Assembly (NCBI GenBank): GCA_016861025.1
Contig: BOKO01000006.1
Span: forward strand, 106,839-170,838
DNA length: 64,000 nt
Direction of reading: 5' to 3'
Origin: Chloroflexota bacterium
GTDB lineage: Bacteria > Chloroflexota > Anaerolineae > Caldilineales > Caldilineaceae
Shown: in pieces, positions 28,401-36,837 of the stretch
Layout of the letters: each line of letters opens with the position of its first letter
Numbering within the stretch: the stretch's first letter is position 1
Notes under the pieces: generated by a model
The model's input: the letters and a program-made list of their open reading frames with translations, nothing else
Told to the model about the DNA's origin: nothing
The model's database searches: none
Position numbers and translations under genes: made by a program

Positions 28401-29671
28401 AGGCGCAGGAAGTCATCAACGCCACGCTGACCCTCAGCGGAGGCGTGCTCTACACCCCTGGCTGCCACGCCGGGCTGAACGTTCCGCCAGAAAACACAGT
28501 CAATCCCGCCGATCTGCCACAGGCGTTTGTCGGCAAAGGAATGAATTATGTCGGCAACACCGGCTACGGTTGGGGAATGCGAAGCGCCATCGGCCTTACA
28601 GAGAAAGTGATGCATCTTTACAGTCGGGCATTGCTGCAAGGGACGAAATCCAACATGGGCAAGGCGCTGGTCACCGCCAAGACGCTTTACTACGAACAGG
28701 ACACGGACTTTTCCGCGTATGACGAGAAAGTGATGCAGCAGGTCGTTTTCTATGGATTGCCGATGTACGAGCTGGAGAGCGGCGGCGCGCTCTCCGATGA
28801 AAACCCCTTCCCAGGCGTCGCCTTTGTCCCAACGATTCCAGATAAGCCGTTGAGCGGAAGCGATGTCGTGACCGGCGCTGTCACAATTGATTTTCGGCAG
28901 GCTCAAAATCTGGCGCTGTTGGAAACCGACGAGGGCGGCTATTTCAACCTCAACGGCTCGATTCACACAGTGCCGGATCAGCCGATTCAGCCACTGCACT
29001 TTGGCGATGTAAGCGCATCTCAGCTGCCTGCGCGCGGCGTTGTGCTGCGCGGCGCCTCCTTTGAGAGCAGATCGGGTTTTGATCCGGTGATTGCAGCGCC
29101 CTACAACGAATATGACGACATTCTCAGCGAGCCTGCACTGCCGAATCCGCTCGCCTTGTATCCGCCCATGCCCGTTTCTATCCAACACAGCCAAAATCGT
29201 TCGAGCCTGGTGACGCAACTTGGTCAGTACGACGCTGCGCAACGCGACCTGCGTTTGTTCCAGGATATAGCGGTGGAAATCTACTATAGCACCGACGCCG
29301 ATATGCTGGCGCCACAAGCGACCGTGATCGATGGCGTCACGCCGATCGGCAGCAACCGGGTCGACGTCAAGGTCGGGGCTGTCGATATGTCGGGCATCGA
29401 GCGCGCTGTTGTTTCCTATATCACCGACATTACGCAAAGCACAAATGAGCTGCGTTCTATCGACCTTCGTTTCGACGCTGCGTCGCAGAAATGGTATGGC
29501 TCCTTTCCCGGCAACACCAACTCGCGCTATCTGGTGCAAGTCGTCGATAGGGCCGGAAATGTAACCACAGCAACCAACAAAGGACAATACTATAAGCCAG
29601 GACAGGTGGAGGCGGCGGCAGGCGGAGGTTGCACAGGTCATTGTGCATACCTGCCTGTGATTGCACGGTAG
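25493..29671 (+). CDS. Secreted C25 (gingipain-like) cysteine protease with CARDB domain, tandem PPC-like repeats and Pro-Thr linker
   Basis: ATG 25493 after ggag (25613 is an alternative start); CARDB 'PDLVVTGITL...VKNQG...VESNEENN'; repeated 'YE.DD.C..AK.I...DW..F' modules; 'YLILVGDD..LP', INGH, GCH; ends AYLPVIAR. Confidence 0.82.
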   Translation: MSCNLSVRRSCIGCCTQQIFQRLGNGLTIASTPTLRKVNGMQVTWLTLLLLASLTISGAVLSADQPDALASPQQAQPFPQAAAPDLVVTGITLTPANPGAGGTADIEVVVKNQGDAGTTTGFNLYLYVEPADEPPTQSTAYTIFAGYALPLPPGGSFKYTRTGQVFAHSPPKVYAWVDPPWENRVVESNEENNLYPPTASQGDAYEDDDICTNAKSITPDGAVQDRNLYRDPDSDVDWIKFNGTGGVTYVAEASAVGADASLVIELMDRCDGPPSFGSGAKLEFTAPADNTYYVKVSHVSPTYGPDNAYQFRVTSDAGCTNAFEPNNSCELASDLPLDTAQTHTFCEAGDVDWMRIAVSAGSRYTVTATNVGQQAGAHLGLYMTCADAAPAATGGALQFTAAQAGYAYIKAAHQNTAAHGPATNYTVKAELMGQAGCTRDSFEADDNAADAKPIGTTGSIQSRNFCPAGDGDWVRFAAVTGVTYNIETLNLAAAADTVLCLHSINGNQLVCDDDSGAGKGSRLIWTPPAAADYLLHIKDLSPSVAGEETRYDLRISRGLCQKDGQEDDNSRDQAKVILPNSPATAHNFCPGDDQDWVVFAAAPGVSYIIETIDPGPDADTVIELYNAGGSLLAQNDDHTPGTVSRVVYVPTGALNLFVKVRQYNPSYFGAGAEYSLRIAQGVPTPTPTPVVTPTPTPTPTPNPSTVRTLILVNRARLVQLHGETEVAPLMSKLAELAQHERVRGEIIRLDNNTEVSAAYAVWQSDLGNAEKANQLTSAIRNVVVNYLAERSGVEYLILVGDDRALPMRRILDQTPRVSEASYKHTDVGNPTGAALKANHFLSDDYFSDREPTLLQGRELYIPDLATGRLIETPAEMIVQINAFLARPVTVVDNILITGYDFVQDLAAEDCTDWSNDFGASKVDCTLIGDSWTGQSFRALQLRTTAPFTVQSINGHASHYAEGAPVGNAIQAQEVINATLTLSGGVLYTPGCHAGLNVPPENTVNPADLPQAFVGKGMNYVGNTGYGWGMRSAIGLTEKVMHLYSRALLQGTKSNMGKALVTAKTLYYEQDTDFSAYDEKVMQQVVFYGLPMYELESGGALSDENPFPGVAFVPTIPDKPLSGSDVVTGAVTIDFRQAQNLALLETDEGGYFNLNGSIHTVPDQPIQPLHFGDVSASQLPARGVVLRGASFESRSGFDPVIAAPYNEYDDILSEPALPNPLALYPPMPVSIQHSQNRSSLVTQLGQYDAAQRDLRLFQDIAVEIYYSTDADMLAPQATVIDGVTPIGSNRVDVKVGAVDMSGIERAVVSYITDITQSTNELRSIDLRFDAASQKWYGSFPGNTNSRYLVQVVDRAGNVTTATNKGQYYKPGQVEAAAGGGCTGHCAYLPVIAR
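27537..27602 (+). repeat. Pro-Thr coding linker (PTPTPTPVVTPTPTPTPTPNP)
   Basis: Tandem acgccc-type hexamers inside the C25-like CDS. Confidence 0.85.
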
Positions 29672-29722
29672 GAAGCAGACAGAATTGGTGCGGCTCAACA
29701 GTGCAGCACACAGGAGGTGAAT

Positions 29723-32700
29723 ATGTCTGCCATGGACAGCAAACACACAACAAAAGGGCGCCGTCTTCTCCTCGTGCTCATAGTGCTGGCTGCACTTGCA
29801 CTGGCGGCGCCTGGCGCTGCGCCGGCGCGCGCACAAAGCCTGAACGACGCCTATGTGGCGATTGGCGGCAATGACGCCAATACCTGCGCCACTCCCCAAA
29901 CCCCATGTCGAACCATTCAGGCGGCGATCGACAAGAGCGCAACCGGCGGCGTGGTGCACGTCGGCCCCGGCGTGTACACTGAGAACATCCAGATGAAGAG
30001 CGGCGTGAGCGTGATCGGCGCCGGGCCGACCAACACGAGCATTGTCGGCGTCGCCTCCGTGTCGGGCGTAGTGTCGTTCGCCAACGTGACCAACACATCA
30101 CTGCAAGGCTTTCGTATCAGCGTCAGTGCGCCAACGCCGGGAGTGGATCGCGGCGTCGTCTTCAGCGGAAGCACGGACAGAACAGCGCTGCTGCGCAACA
30201 ATATCATCCAGTATGTTCAGTACGGCATCTTCGTATGGTCTCCCTCCGCGCCGACGATTGAAAACAACACCATCGTGGGCGAACCGGACGAACAAGGCGT
30301 TTACATCGGCAACAGCGCTACCTCGCCCTTGATCCGCAACAACATCATCACCGGCTTCTATTACGGCATCCACGTCGTGGCGGGTGCGAGCGCGCCGACG
30401 CCTGTCATTCTTTACAACGACCTCTGGAACAATACGGAGAACTACCGCAACTATCCGAGCCAGACCGGCGTGAATGGCAACATCTCGGCGGACCCGGCTT
30501 TTGTCAATGCGGCTGTACAGGATTTCCATCTTCGCAACACTGCGCCTGCATCGCCGGCCATCGATGCAGGCGACCCCGGTTCAGCCTACAACCGTGAGCC
30601 TGGCCCACATGGAAATCGCATCAACATGGGCGCTTATGGCAACACAGTCGAGGCTGCCACCACGCCAGGCGATACGAAGTTGATCACCTTTGAGTCGCCC
30701 TCATTAGGCGCCGATTCGAGTCGCGTCATCAATCCCTACGTAGACTCGGTCACCGGCGTGACATTTCAACGCGACGGCGCTTCGAGCTTAAATTACGTGG
30801 TGGGGTTGGTCAAGAACAACGGAACCAGCGCCTGCGTGGACCCCGCTGACTCGAATCAGAAACTGGGGGTCGGCATCGATAATGGCGCAGTTGGCTTCTC
30901 TTCCACCGCAGTCAGAGCCACTTTTCCAACGACGCTGAACCCGCCCGTGGTTGTCTCCGCCATCTTTCAGACCGGCGCCGGACAACCTCTGCGGATTCGT
31001 CTGTTTGGACCGACCGGGAATCAGGTGGCCGCCAATACCGAGACCTCCTGGCCTGCCAATGGAACGTGCGGCCTGCCTGGCGATCCACGCGCACGCACGG
31101 CGGTGACAGCGATCTCTGCACAGCCGGTTGCCTACGCTGTGATCGACATGGAAGCGGCCACAGACAGCCGCGTCTTTGTCATCGACGATTTTCGCTTCAT
31201 AAGTTCGGGAACGCACACGATCAGCAACATCAGTCTTTCTCCGGCTTCACCCGCCAATCTTCTCTTCAATCAAGATGTGAACATCACGTTCGACTATTCG
31301 ACCTCCTGGTCCGCTGGCGTGCGCATCTGGGCGCGCCCCATGAGCGGCGGCGCCCCCACGCCCAATTATGCGGCGCACGGCTCGCCGCTCTACCCAGCCG
31401 GCAGCGGCAGCGGCGCCGGATTCTTTACGATCAGCGCTGGCAACGCCATCGTCGATAGCATCCGATTTCAGATGTGGACACCCGACCAAAGTCAATTGCT
31501 TCTGGAGATGTTTGTTCCGGTCGACTATCGGTTTTCCAATGGCTGTTATGTATTGACGCGCACACACACCGGCTCTGGCGCTGACCCAACTGCAACGCCG
31601 ACGAAATCCAACTACTGCATCAGCGATGGTCAATATCTGGCTGGCGGCTTCATCAACCTGAGCGCAAGCCCAGCTGCCGGATGGAGCGTTGGCGGTTGGA
31701 GCGGCGCCGCCAATGACGCCAGCACCTCAACCAGCAACAGCCTGGTGATGCCCGCCCGAAACCACACGGTGAGCGTGGACTATACGCCCATCTGCTACAC
31801 GCTCACGTTGGCGCACACTGGCTCCGGCAGCGATCCGGTTGCAACGCCGACAAACTCACGCGGCTGTCCTACGGGTCGATACCGGGAAGGTGAGTCGATC
31901 AGCTTGAGCGCTGCAGCTGCGCCCGGCTGGTGGATCAGCGGCTGGATCGGCGCGAACAACGACGCGTCTACATCCTCCGCGAATACGCTCACCATGCCGG
32001 GCGCCGACCATCGGGTGATTGTCAAGTATGTGACAACCTGCCACCAATTGACGGTCACTCATGACGGTGCGGGCGATGATCCAGCGGCAACGCCAGCGCA
32101 GTCCGCCGCCTGCGCACCTGGCCGCTACATCGCTGGCGAGGCGATCTCGCTGCATGCTGCGCCTGCGTCAGGTTGGCGAGTCGCACGCTGGAGCGGTGTG
32201 ACAGAAACATCCAGTGCATCGACCGATAATTCGCTCGTGATGCCCGCCAACGACCATGCGGTGAATGTCGTCTACGAACAGACGCCAATCACGGTTGCGG
32301 GTGACGCCTACGAAGAGGACAACCAGTGCACCCAGGCGCGCACGATCAACACAGATGGCGTCGGGCAGGAGCACACGTTTCATCAGGCTGGCGACATTGA
32401 CTGGGTCCGTTTCACTGCGACGGCGAGCGCGCCCTATCGGATCGAAGTCAGCATTCCGAGCGGCTCGCCTGCGGACGTGAACCTGATGCTCTACGACCAG
32501 TGCGAAGGGGCGCCGGTCGACCAATTTGACGCTGCCTTCACGGCGGGTGCGCGCCTTGACTTCACGCCTGCCGCCACAGGCCCGATCTACGTCCAGTTGA
32601 ACAACAAGGATGCACAGACAGCGGGCGCCGGCGTTGCATACAGGGTCTCCGTCCGCAGCCTGCAGGCGGAGATGGGACGCACCAACCGGGTGTTGATCCT

Positions 32701-33745
32701 GGTTGGCGGCAGCCTGACGACGCCCGATCGTCTGCAGAACAACATCAACAACGTCACGCAGGCGGTCTACACGCATTTCCGCAATGACGGCCTTGACGCG
32801 GAGAACATCGTCTATTTGACGAACGCCGCTGGGCTTGCCGGGCGCACCGGCCCTGCAACAGTGGGGGCTTTGCAAGACGCTATTACAGGCTGGGCGAAAC
32901 AACGGCTCACCGTCGGCGGAACGCTCACGCTTTACCTGATGGATCACGGTGATGACGATATCTTCTACCTGGATAATGCCAATGGGCACCGGTTGTCCCC
33001 AACGCAACTCGACAGTTGGCTCGACGAGTTGGAGGAGGCCGTTCCTGAGATCAAGATTACTGTGCTCATCGAGGCGTGCTACTCTGGCAGTTTCATCGAG
33101 GGTGCACAGAGCATCAGCAAGGATGAGCCAGGGCGTCTGGTGATCACCTCCACCAGCCATCGACTGCTCGCCTACGCCTCTTCCAACGGCGCTTACTTCT
33201 CCGACTTTATGCTGGCGAGCCTGGGACAGGGATACAGCCTGCAAAACAGCTTCAAAGCCACCTATGCGGTTGTGCGCGAAATGTCGAATCTGCGCCAGGA
33301 TCCGCAGCTAGACGCCAACGGCAACGGCGTCGCCAATGAAAGCGCCGATGTCGTTCTAGCCAGTCGCAATGTCTCCAGCAGCAGCCAGGGCTGGGCGCCT
33401 TACATCGTCAGCGCCGAAGGCCCCAAAACGATTGCGAATCAGAGCGGTGCGTTGCAGGCGATTGTCCTTGACGACAAAAAGGTGCAGCGCGTGTGGGCCG
33501 TAATTACGCCGCCTTCCTACCAGCCGCCGGAAACCAGCGCCGAGCTTGTGCCGGAGACGCTCCCAACGCTCACCTTGCAGGGACAGGGAAACGATGTGTT
33601 CTCGGCAACGTACACCGGTTTCGATGAGATTGGACTGTATCGGATCGCAGTCTATGCCGAAGACGAGGACAAGCTGGTCTCGTTGCCCAAATTCGTGGAG
33701 GTGCTGAACGGCGGTCGTATATACGCGCCGCTGATTGCACGTTGA
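29723..33745 (+). CDS. Secreted C13 (legumain/caspase-fold, clan CD) peptidase with N-terminal beta-helix, three InlB-B-like repeats and a PPC-like module
   Basis: aggagg RBS; signal peptide; 'CRTIQAAID..VHVGPGVYTE' beta-helix start; dyad LYLMDHG and IEACYSG; ends RIYAPLIAR. Confidence 0.82.
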   Translation: MSAMDSKHTTKGRRLLLVLIVLAALALAAPGAAPARAQSLNDAYVAIGGNDANTCATPQTPCRTIQAAIDKSATGGVVHVGPGVYTENIQMKSGVSVIGAGPTNTSIVGVASVSGVVSFANVTNTSLQGFRISVSAPTPGVDRGVVFSGSTDRTALLRNNIIQYVQYGIFVWSPSAPTIENNTIVGEPDEQGVYIGNSATSPLIRNNIITGFYYGIHVVAGASAPTPVILYNDLWNNTENYRNYPSQTGVNGNISADPAFVNAAVQDFHLRNTAPASPAIDAGDPGSAYNREPGPHGNRINMGAYGNTVEAATTPGDTKLITFESPSLGADSSRVINPYVDSVTGVTFQRDGASSLNYVVGLVKNNGTSACVDPADSNQKLGVGIDNGAVGFSSTAVRATFPTTLNPPVVVSAIFQTGAGQPLRIRLFGPTGNQVAANTETSWPANGTCGLPGDPRARTAVTAISAQPVAYAVIDMEAATDSRVFVIDDFRFISSGTHTISNISLSPASPANLLFNQDVNITFDYSTSWSAGVRIWARPMSGGAPTPNYAAHGSPLYPAGSGSGAGFFTISAGNAIVDSIRFQMWTPDQSQLLLEMFVPVDYRFSNGCYVLTRTHTGSGADPTATPTKSNYCISDGQYLAGGFINLSASPAAGWSVGGWSGAANDASTSTSNSLVMPARNHTVSVDYTPICYTLTLAHTGSGSDPVATPTNSRGCPTGRYREGESISLSAAAAPGWWISGWIGANNDASTSSANTLTMPGADHRVIVKYVTTCHQLTVTHDGAGDDPAATPAQSAACAPGRYIAGEAISLHAAPASGWRVARWSGVTETSSASTDNSLVMPANDHAVNVVYEQTPITVAGDAYEEDNQCTQARTINTDGVGQEHTFHQAGDIDWVRFTATASAPYRIEVSIPSGSPADVNLMLYDQCEGAPVDQFDAAFTAGARLDFTPAATGPIYVQLNNKDAQTAGAGVAYRVSVRSLQAEMGRTNRVLILVGGSLTTPDRLQNNINNVTQAVYTHFRNDGLDAENIVYLTNAAGLAGRTGPATVGALQDAITGWAKQRLTVGGTLTLYLMDHGDDDIFYLDNANGHRLSPTQLDSWLDELEEAVPEIKITVLIEACYSGSFIEGAQSISKDEPGRLVITSTSHRLLAYASSNGAYFSDFMLASLGQGYSLQNSFKATYAVVREMSNLRQDPQLDANGNGVANESADVVLASRNVSSSSQGWAPYIVSAEGPKTIANQSGALQAIVLDDKKVQRVWAVITPPSYQPPETSAELVPETLPTLTLQGQGNDVFSATYTGFDEIGLYRIAVYAEDEDKLVSLPKFVEVLNGGRIYAPLIAR
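31544..32283 (+). repeat. Three ~82-aa tandem InlB-B/Listeria-Bacteroides-like coding repeats
   Basis: Each unit: C..LT..H.G.G.DP.ATP..S..C..G.Y..G..I.L.A....GW....W.G........N.L.MP...H.V.V.Y. Confidence 0.75.
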
Positions 33746-33826
33746 GGGCATTTTATGGAGTCTAGTGTAACACCAAGAATGCTTGATGTGGTCGTATATA
33801 CGCGCCGCTGATTGCACGTTGAGGGC
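33713..33826 (+). repeat. Perfect 37-bp direct repeat (33713-33749 and 33790-33826) with 40-bp spacer; duplicates the last codons and stop of the C13 gene
   Basis: ggtcgtatatacgcgccgctgattgcacgttgagggc occurs twice. Confidence 0.95.
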
Positions 33827-33896
33827 GCTGGACAGGCCGGCTCACCCTTGTCTAATCGTCACCCTACTTTACATCCCAATGTCTGTGTAAAACAAC

Positions 33897-33926
33897 AAAG
33901 ACCTGCGACACAAGTCACAGGTCTTT
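33897..33926 (-). terminator. Intrinsic terminator downstream of tRNA-Glu
   Basis: aaagacctgcgac-acaa-gtcacaggtcttt (13-bp stem, one mismatch), followed by a U-rich run on the minus strand. Confidence 0.7.
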
Positions 33927-33942
33927 GCACGATTCATACTAT

Positions 33943-34017
<75 letters not shown>

Positions 34018-34038
34018 AAGCCATCGAGAACATAAGGC

Positions 34039-34067
34039 ATTGTAGCCGCTCTTGCCCATGCCGTCAA
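34039..34067 (-). promoter_or_regulatory. Sigma70-type promoter of tRNA-Glu
   Basis: TTGACG (34067-34062), 17-nt spacer, TACAAT (34044-34039). Confidence 0.75.
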
Positions 34068-34221
34068 ATCAGAGAGGATTGGGGAGGCCTTTTGACATTG
34101 TTGCGCGTCGGCCCATTATGGTAGACTGTGAACGGTTGTCAATCGAGCATGGCTCATCAGCCAAGCCCAGCCGTCTGCTGGGCAGTGCGGCGGGGCTGAA
34201 CTAATAAGAGGGAATCAGCCA

Positions 34222-35544
34222 TTGGAACGCTATACAGTTGCCTGTGTACAACAACGACTCCGGCTTTTTCTGACGCTCGACGAGTATGAGGAGAGCGTGC
34301 GCCGCTTTCTGCGCGCCGCCCAGAACAAACAGGCGCGGCTGGTGATCTTTCCTGAATTGGGCGGGCTGATGTTGATCCCACCGCTGTTGGGCGATTTTCG
34401 CTCGTCGCTGCTCAAGCGCGCTGACCTGGGGCGGCGGCGCAGCGCCTCGCTCTGGCAGAAGCTGGTCGGCTCGCTGGCAAACAGCGCGGCGGGGGTGATG
34501 AAGGCGGACTTTCGCACCGGCATGGCTGGCCTGCTCGACGTCGCCTCAGCCTCGTTGTGGGAACGGTACACCGATATCTTTGGCAACCTGGCGCGCGAAT
34601 TCAACCTTACGCTTGTGGCGCCAGGCGCGTATTTGCCCGACCCGCTCGACGGCGTGATCCGCAACCTGACTGCCGTCTTTGGGCCGGATGGGACGCTGTT
34701 GGGCGCACAGGCAAAGGTCATGCTCTCGCCGGAGGACGAGCAATTCTGCCAGCCTGGCTCAAGCTGGAGCGTGATTCACAGCGAAATCGGCGCGCTCGGT
34801 GTGATGGTCGGCGCCGATGTTCTCTTCCCCGAAGTGGGACGGCTCCTCTCGTTTCAAGGCGCCGAGGCGTTGGTCGTGGTTGCAACCAGCGGCAACCAGG
34901 CGCAATACAACAAGCTGCGCGCAGGCGCGCTGGCGCGAATGCAGGACAACCAGCTCTTTGCGGCATGCTCCTTCTTAATCGGCGCCAATCTGTTCGGCGC
35001 AAAACAAAATGAACCGCTTATCGGCAAATCCGCCATCTTTGCGCCGCAAGAGTTAACACCGCGCTTCAACGGCGTGCTGGTCGAAATGGGAACGACCAAC
35101 AGCGAAGGCGTTCTCACCGCCGAATGGGATTTTGCCGGGCTGCGCGCCCTGTGGGAGAAAAGCGAGCTGCGCGCGCGTGACCAGTTGAACGCATCACAGG
35201 CGAGCCAGCTCCTGACCGCAATCTACCGCCAACTACAGGCGATGCCACAGCTCGAAGCACGCAACGACGCAGAACAAAGTGGGGGAGAAATCGCTGTCGC
35301 CAGTGCTCATGACGCGGAAGTGTTGTCACTAGACGACCTGCCCGTGATCGCCTCTGTCACCAGCCGCTGGCCCCCGCACAGCGCTTCGCATGTCGATGCA
35401 CCGCCCACCGAGGAGACCGTACTCTGGACAACGCCTGATCTGCCTGCTGCGTCCGCTTCGAGCAGCCAGGTGCGCTATGAGGATGAAACCGACGAGATGG
35501 ATGCACTCAGTGAACGTGAACGCACGCAGCGCAGCGAAAACTGA
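34222..35544 (+). CDS. Carbon-nitrogen hydrolase (nitrilase-fold) protein, nucleophile Cys absent
   Basis: TTG start after gaggga; IFPE (Glu) and QAKVML (Lys) present; [12 protein letters not shown] replaces the usual GxxICxDxxFPE. Confidence 0.8.
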   Translation: MERYTVACVQQRLRLFLTLDEYEESVRRFLRAAQNKQARLVIFPELGGLMLIPPLLGDFRSSLLKRADLGRRRSASLWQKLVGSLANSAAGVMKADFRTGMAGLLDVASASLWERYTDIFGNLAREFNLTLVAPGAYLPDPLDGVIRNLTAVFGPDGTLLGAQAKVMLSPEDEQFCQPGSSWSVIHSEIGALGVMVGADVLFPEVGRLLSFQGAEALVVVATSGNQAQYNKLRAGALARMQDNQLFAACSFLIGANLFGAKQNEPLIGKSAIFAPQELTPRFNGVLVEMGTTNSEGVLTAEWDFAGLRALWEKSELRARDQLNASQASQLLTAIYRQLQAMPQLEARNDAEQSGGEIAVASAHDAEVLSLDDLPVIASVTSRWPPHSASHVDAPPTEETVLWTTPDLPAASASSSQVRYEDETDEMDALSERERTQRSEN

Positions 35545-35625
35545 GCATCCTCATAAGTTGGTTCGTGTTGCGCCGCCGCGCATTTCACATTTGATGAATG
35601 CAAACATCCACGCAACACGCAACAC

Positions 35626-36837
35626 TCAATGCGCAGCACGCTCCAAATACATCGCCGCAGCGCCTGCCAACAACGCCACGCCGGTTGAAAGCATTCGCTC
35701 ATCGAAGTCAAAGGTGGGGCTGTGGTGAGGGCTGTTGGGTGGCCCGTCAGGATCGGCGGCGCCCACGAGCACGAAACAGCCAGGTGCACGCGCCAGAAAC
35801 TCTGACATATCTTCCCCCACCATCATCGGTTTCATGGCGGCAAGCTTCTCGGGACCAAAGAGAGCGGCAGCGACGTTGCGCACCAGCTCAGCGCCTGTTT
35901 CCGAGTTAACTGTCGGCAGCACGCCAGCGGTGAAAGTGAGCAGGCAACGCGCGCCATGTGCAGCGCAGACGCCCTCCGCCACCTCGCGCATACGCCGCAC
36001 CAGAAAATCGCGCGTCTCCAGATCAAAGGACCGAATCGAGCAAGCCAGTTCGGCGCGTTCAGCAATCACATTCGCCGCTGAACCGGCGTGAAAACTCCCC
36101 ACCGTGATGACTGCCGGGGTCATCGGGTCGACGCTGCGCGCCACAATTGTCTGCCAGGCGACCACGATCTGGCTGGCAACCACAATGGCGTCGATGGTTT
36201 CGTGCGGCATGGCGCCGTGCCCGCCCACGCCTTCGACGACCAGGGTCACCTTGTCGGCGCCAGCCATCAACGGCCCCGGCTGCACCACGATCTGGTCGAG
36301 CGGCAGGCGGCTCCATAGGTGCAAGCCAAAGGACGCCGTCGGCCTGGGCGAGTCAAGTGCGCCGTCGGCAATCATCGCCAGCGCGCCCCCCAGCCCCTCC
36401 TCCGCCGGCTGGAAGACGAGTTTGACGCGTCCCGCCAACTCGTTGCGATGCTGCGCCAGCACCTGCGCCACGCCCATGCCGATCGCAGTGTGACCGTCAT
36501 GTCCGCACGCGTGCATCACGCCGGGCGTCTGCGAGCGATAGGGGGCGTCGTTCTCCTCCTCGATGGGCAACGCATCCATGTCAAAGCGCAACATCACCGT
36601 CGGCGCTTCGGCGGGCAGGCTGTCCGGCTCCACCAGCGCTACAACGCCGGTCTTGCCAATGCCGGTTGCGATCTCCAACCCCAACGAACGCAGATGATCA
36701 GCAACAACGCCCGCTGTGCGCACCTCCTGAAAGCCAAGCTCCGGGTGCATGTGAAAATCGCGGCGCCACGCCACAAGCTGTGGCTGCAATGCGTTCGCCG
36801 CGGCTTTGAATTGTTCGAGCAGCGGTGCGTTGCTCAT
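35626..36837 (-). CDS. M20D amidohydrolase
   Basis: RRDFHMHPELGFQE, RFDMDALP, MHACGHDGH, FQPAEEG, GGHGAMPH, GEDMS, HHSPTFDFDE. Confidence 0.95.
   Translation of the reverse strand: MSNAPLLEQFKAAANALQPQLVAWRRDFHMHPELGFQEVRTAGVVADHLRSLGLEIATGIGKTGVVALVEPDSLPAEAPTVMLRFDMDALPIEEENDAPYRSQTPGVMHACGHDGHTAIGMGVAQVLAQHRNELAGRVKLVFQPAEEGLGGALAMIADGALDSPRPTASFGLHLWSRLPLDQIVVQPGPLMAGADKVTLVVEGVGGHGAMPHETIDAIVVASQIVVAWQTIVARSVDPMTPAVITVGSFHAGSAANVIAERAELACSIRSFDLETRDFLVRRMREVAEGVCAAHGARCLLTFTAGVLPTVNSETGAELVRNVAAALFGPEKLAAMKPMMVGEDMSEFLARAPGCFVLVGAADPDGPPNSPHHSPTFDFDERMLSTGVALLAGAAAMYLERAAH

Noticed and set aside
33713-33826. CRISPR array (37-bp repeat, 40-bp spacer)
   Set aside because: Only two units, no cas genes or leader, and the repeat is the coding 3' end of the adjacent gene; kept as a duplication scar instead.
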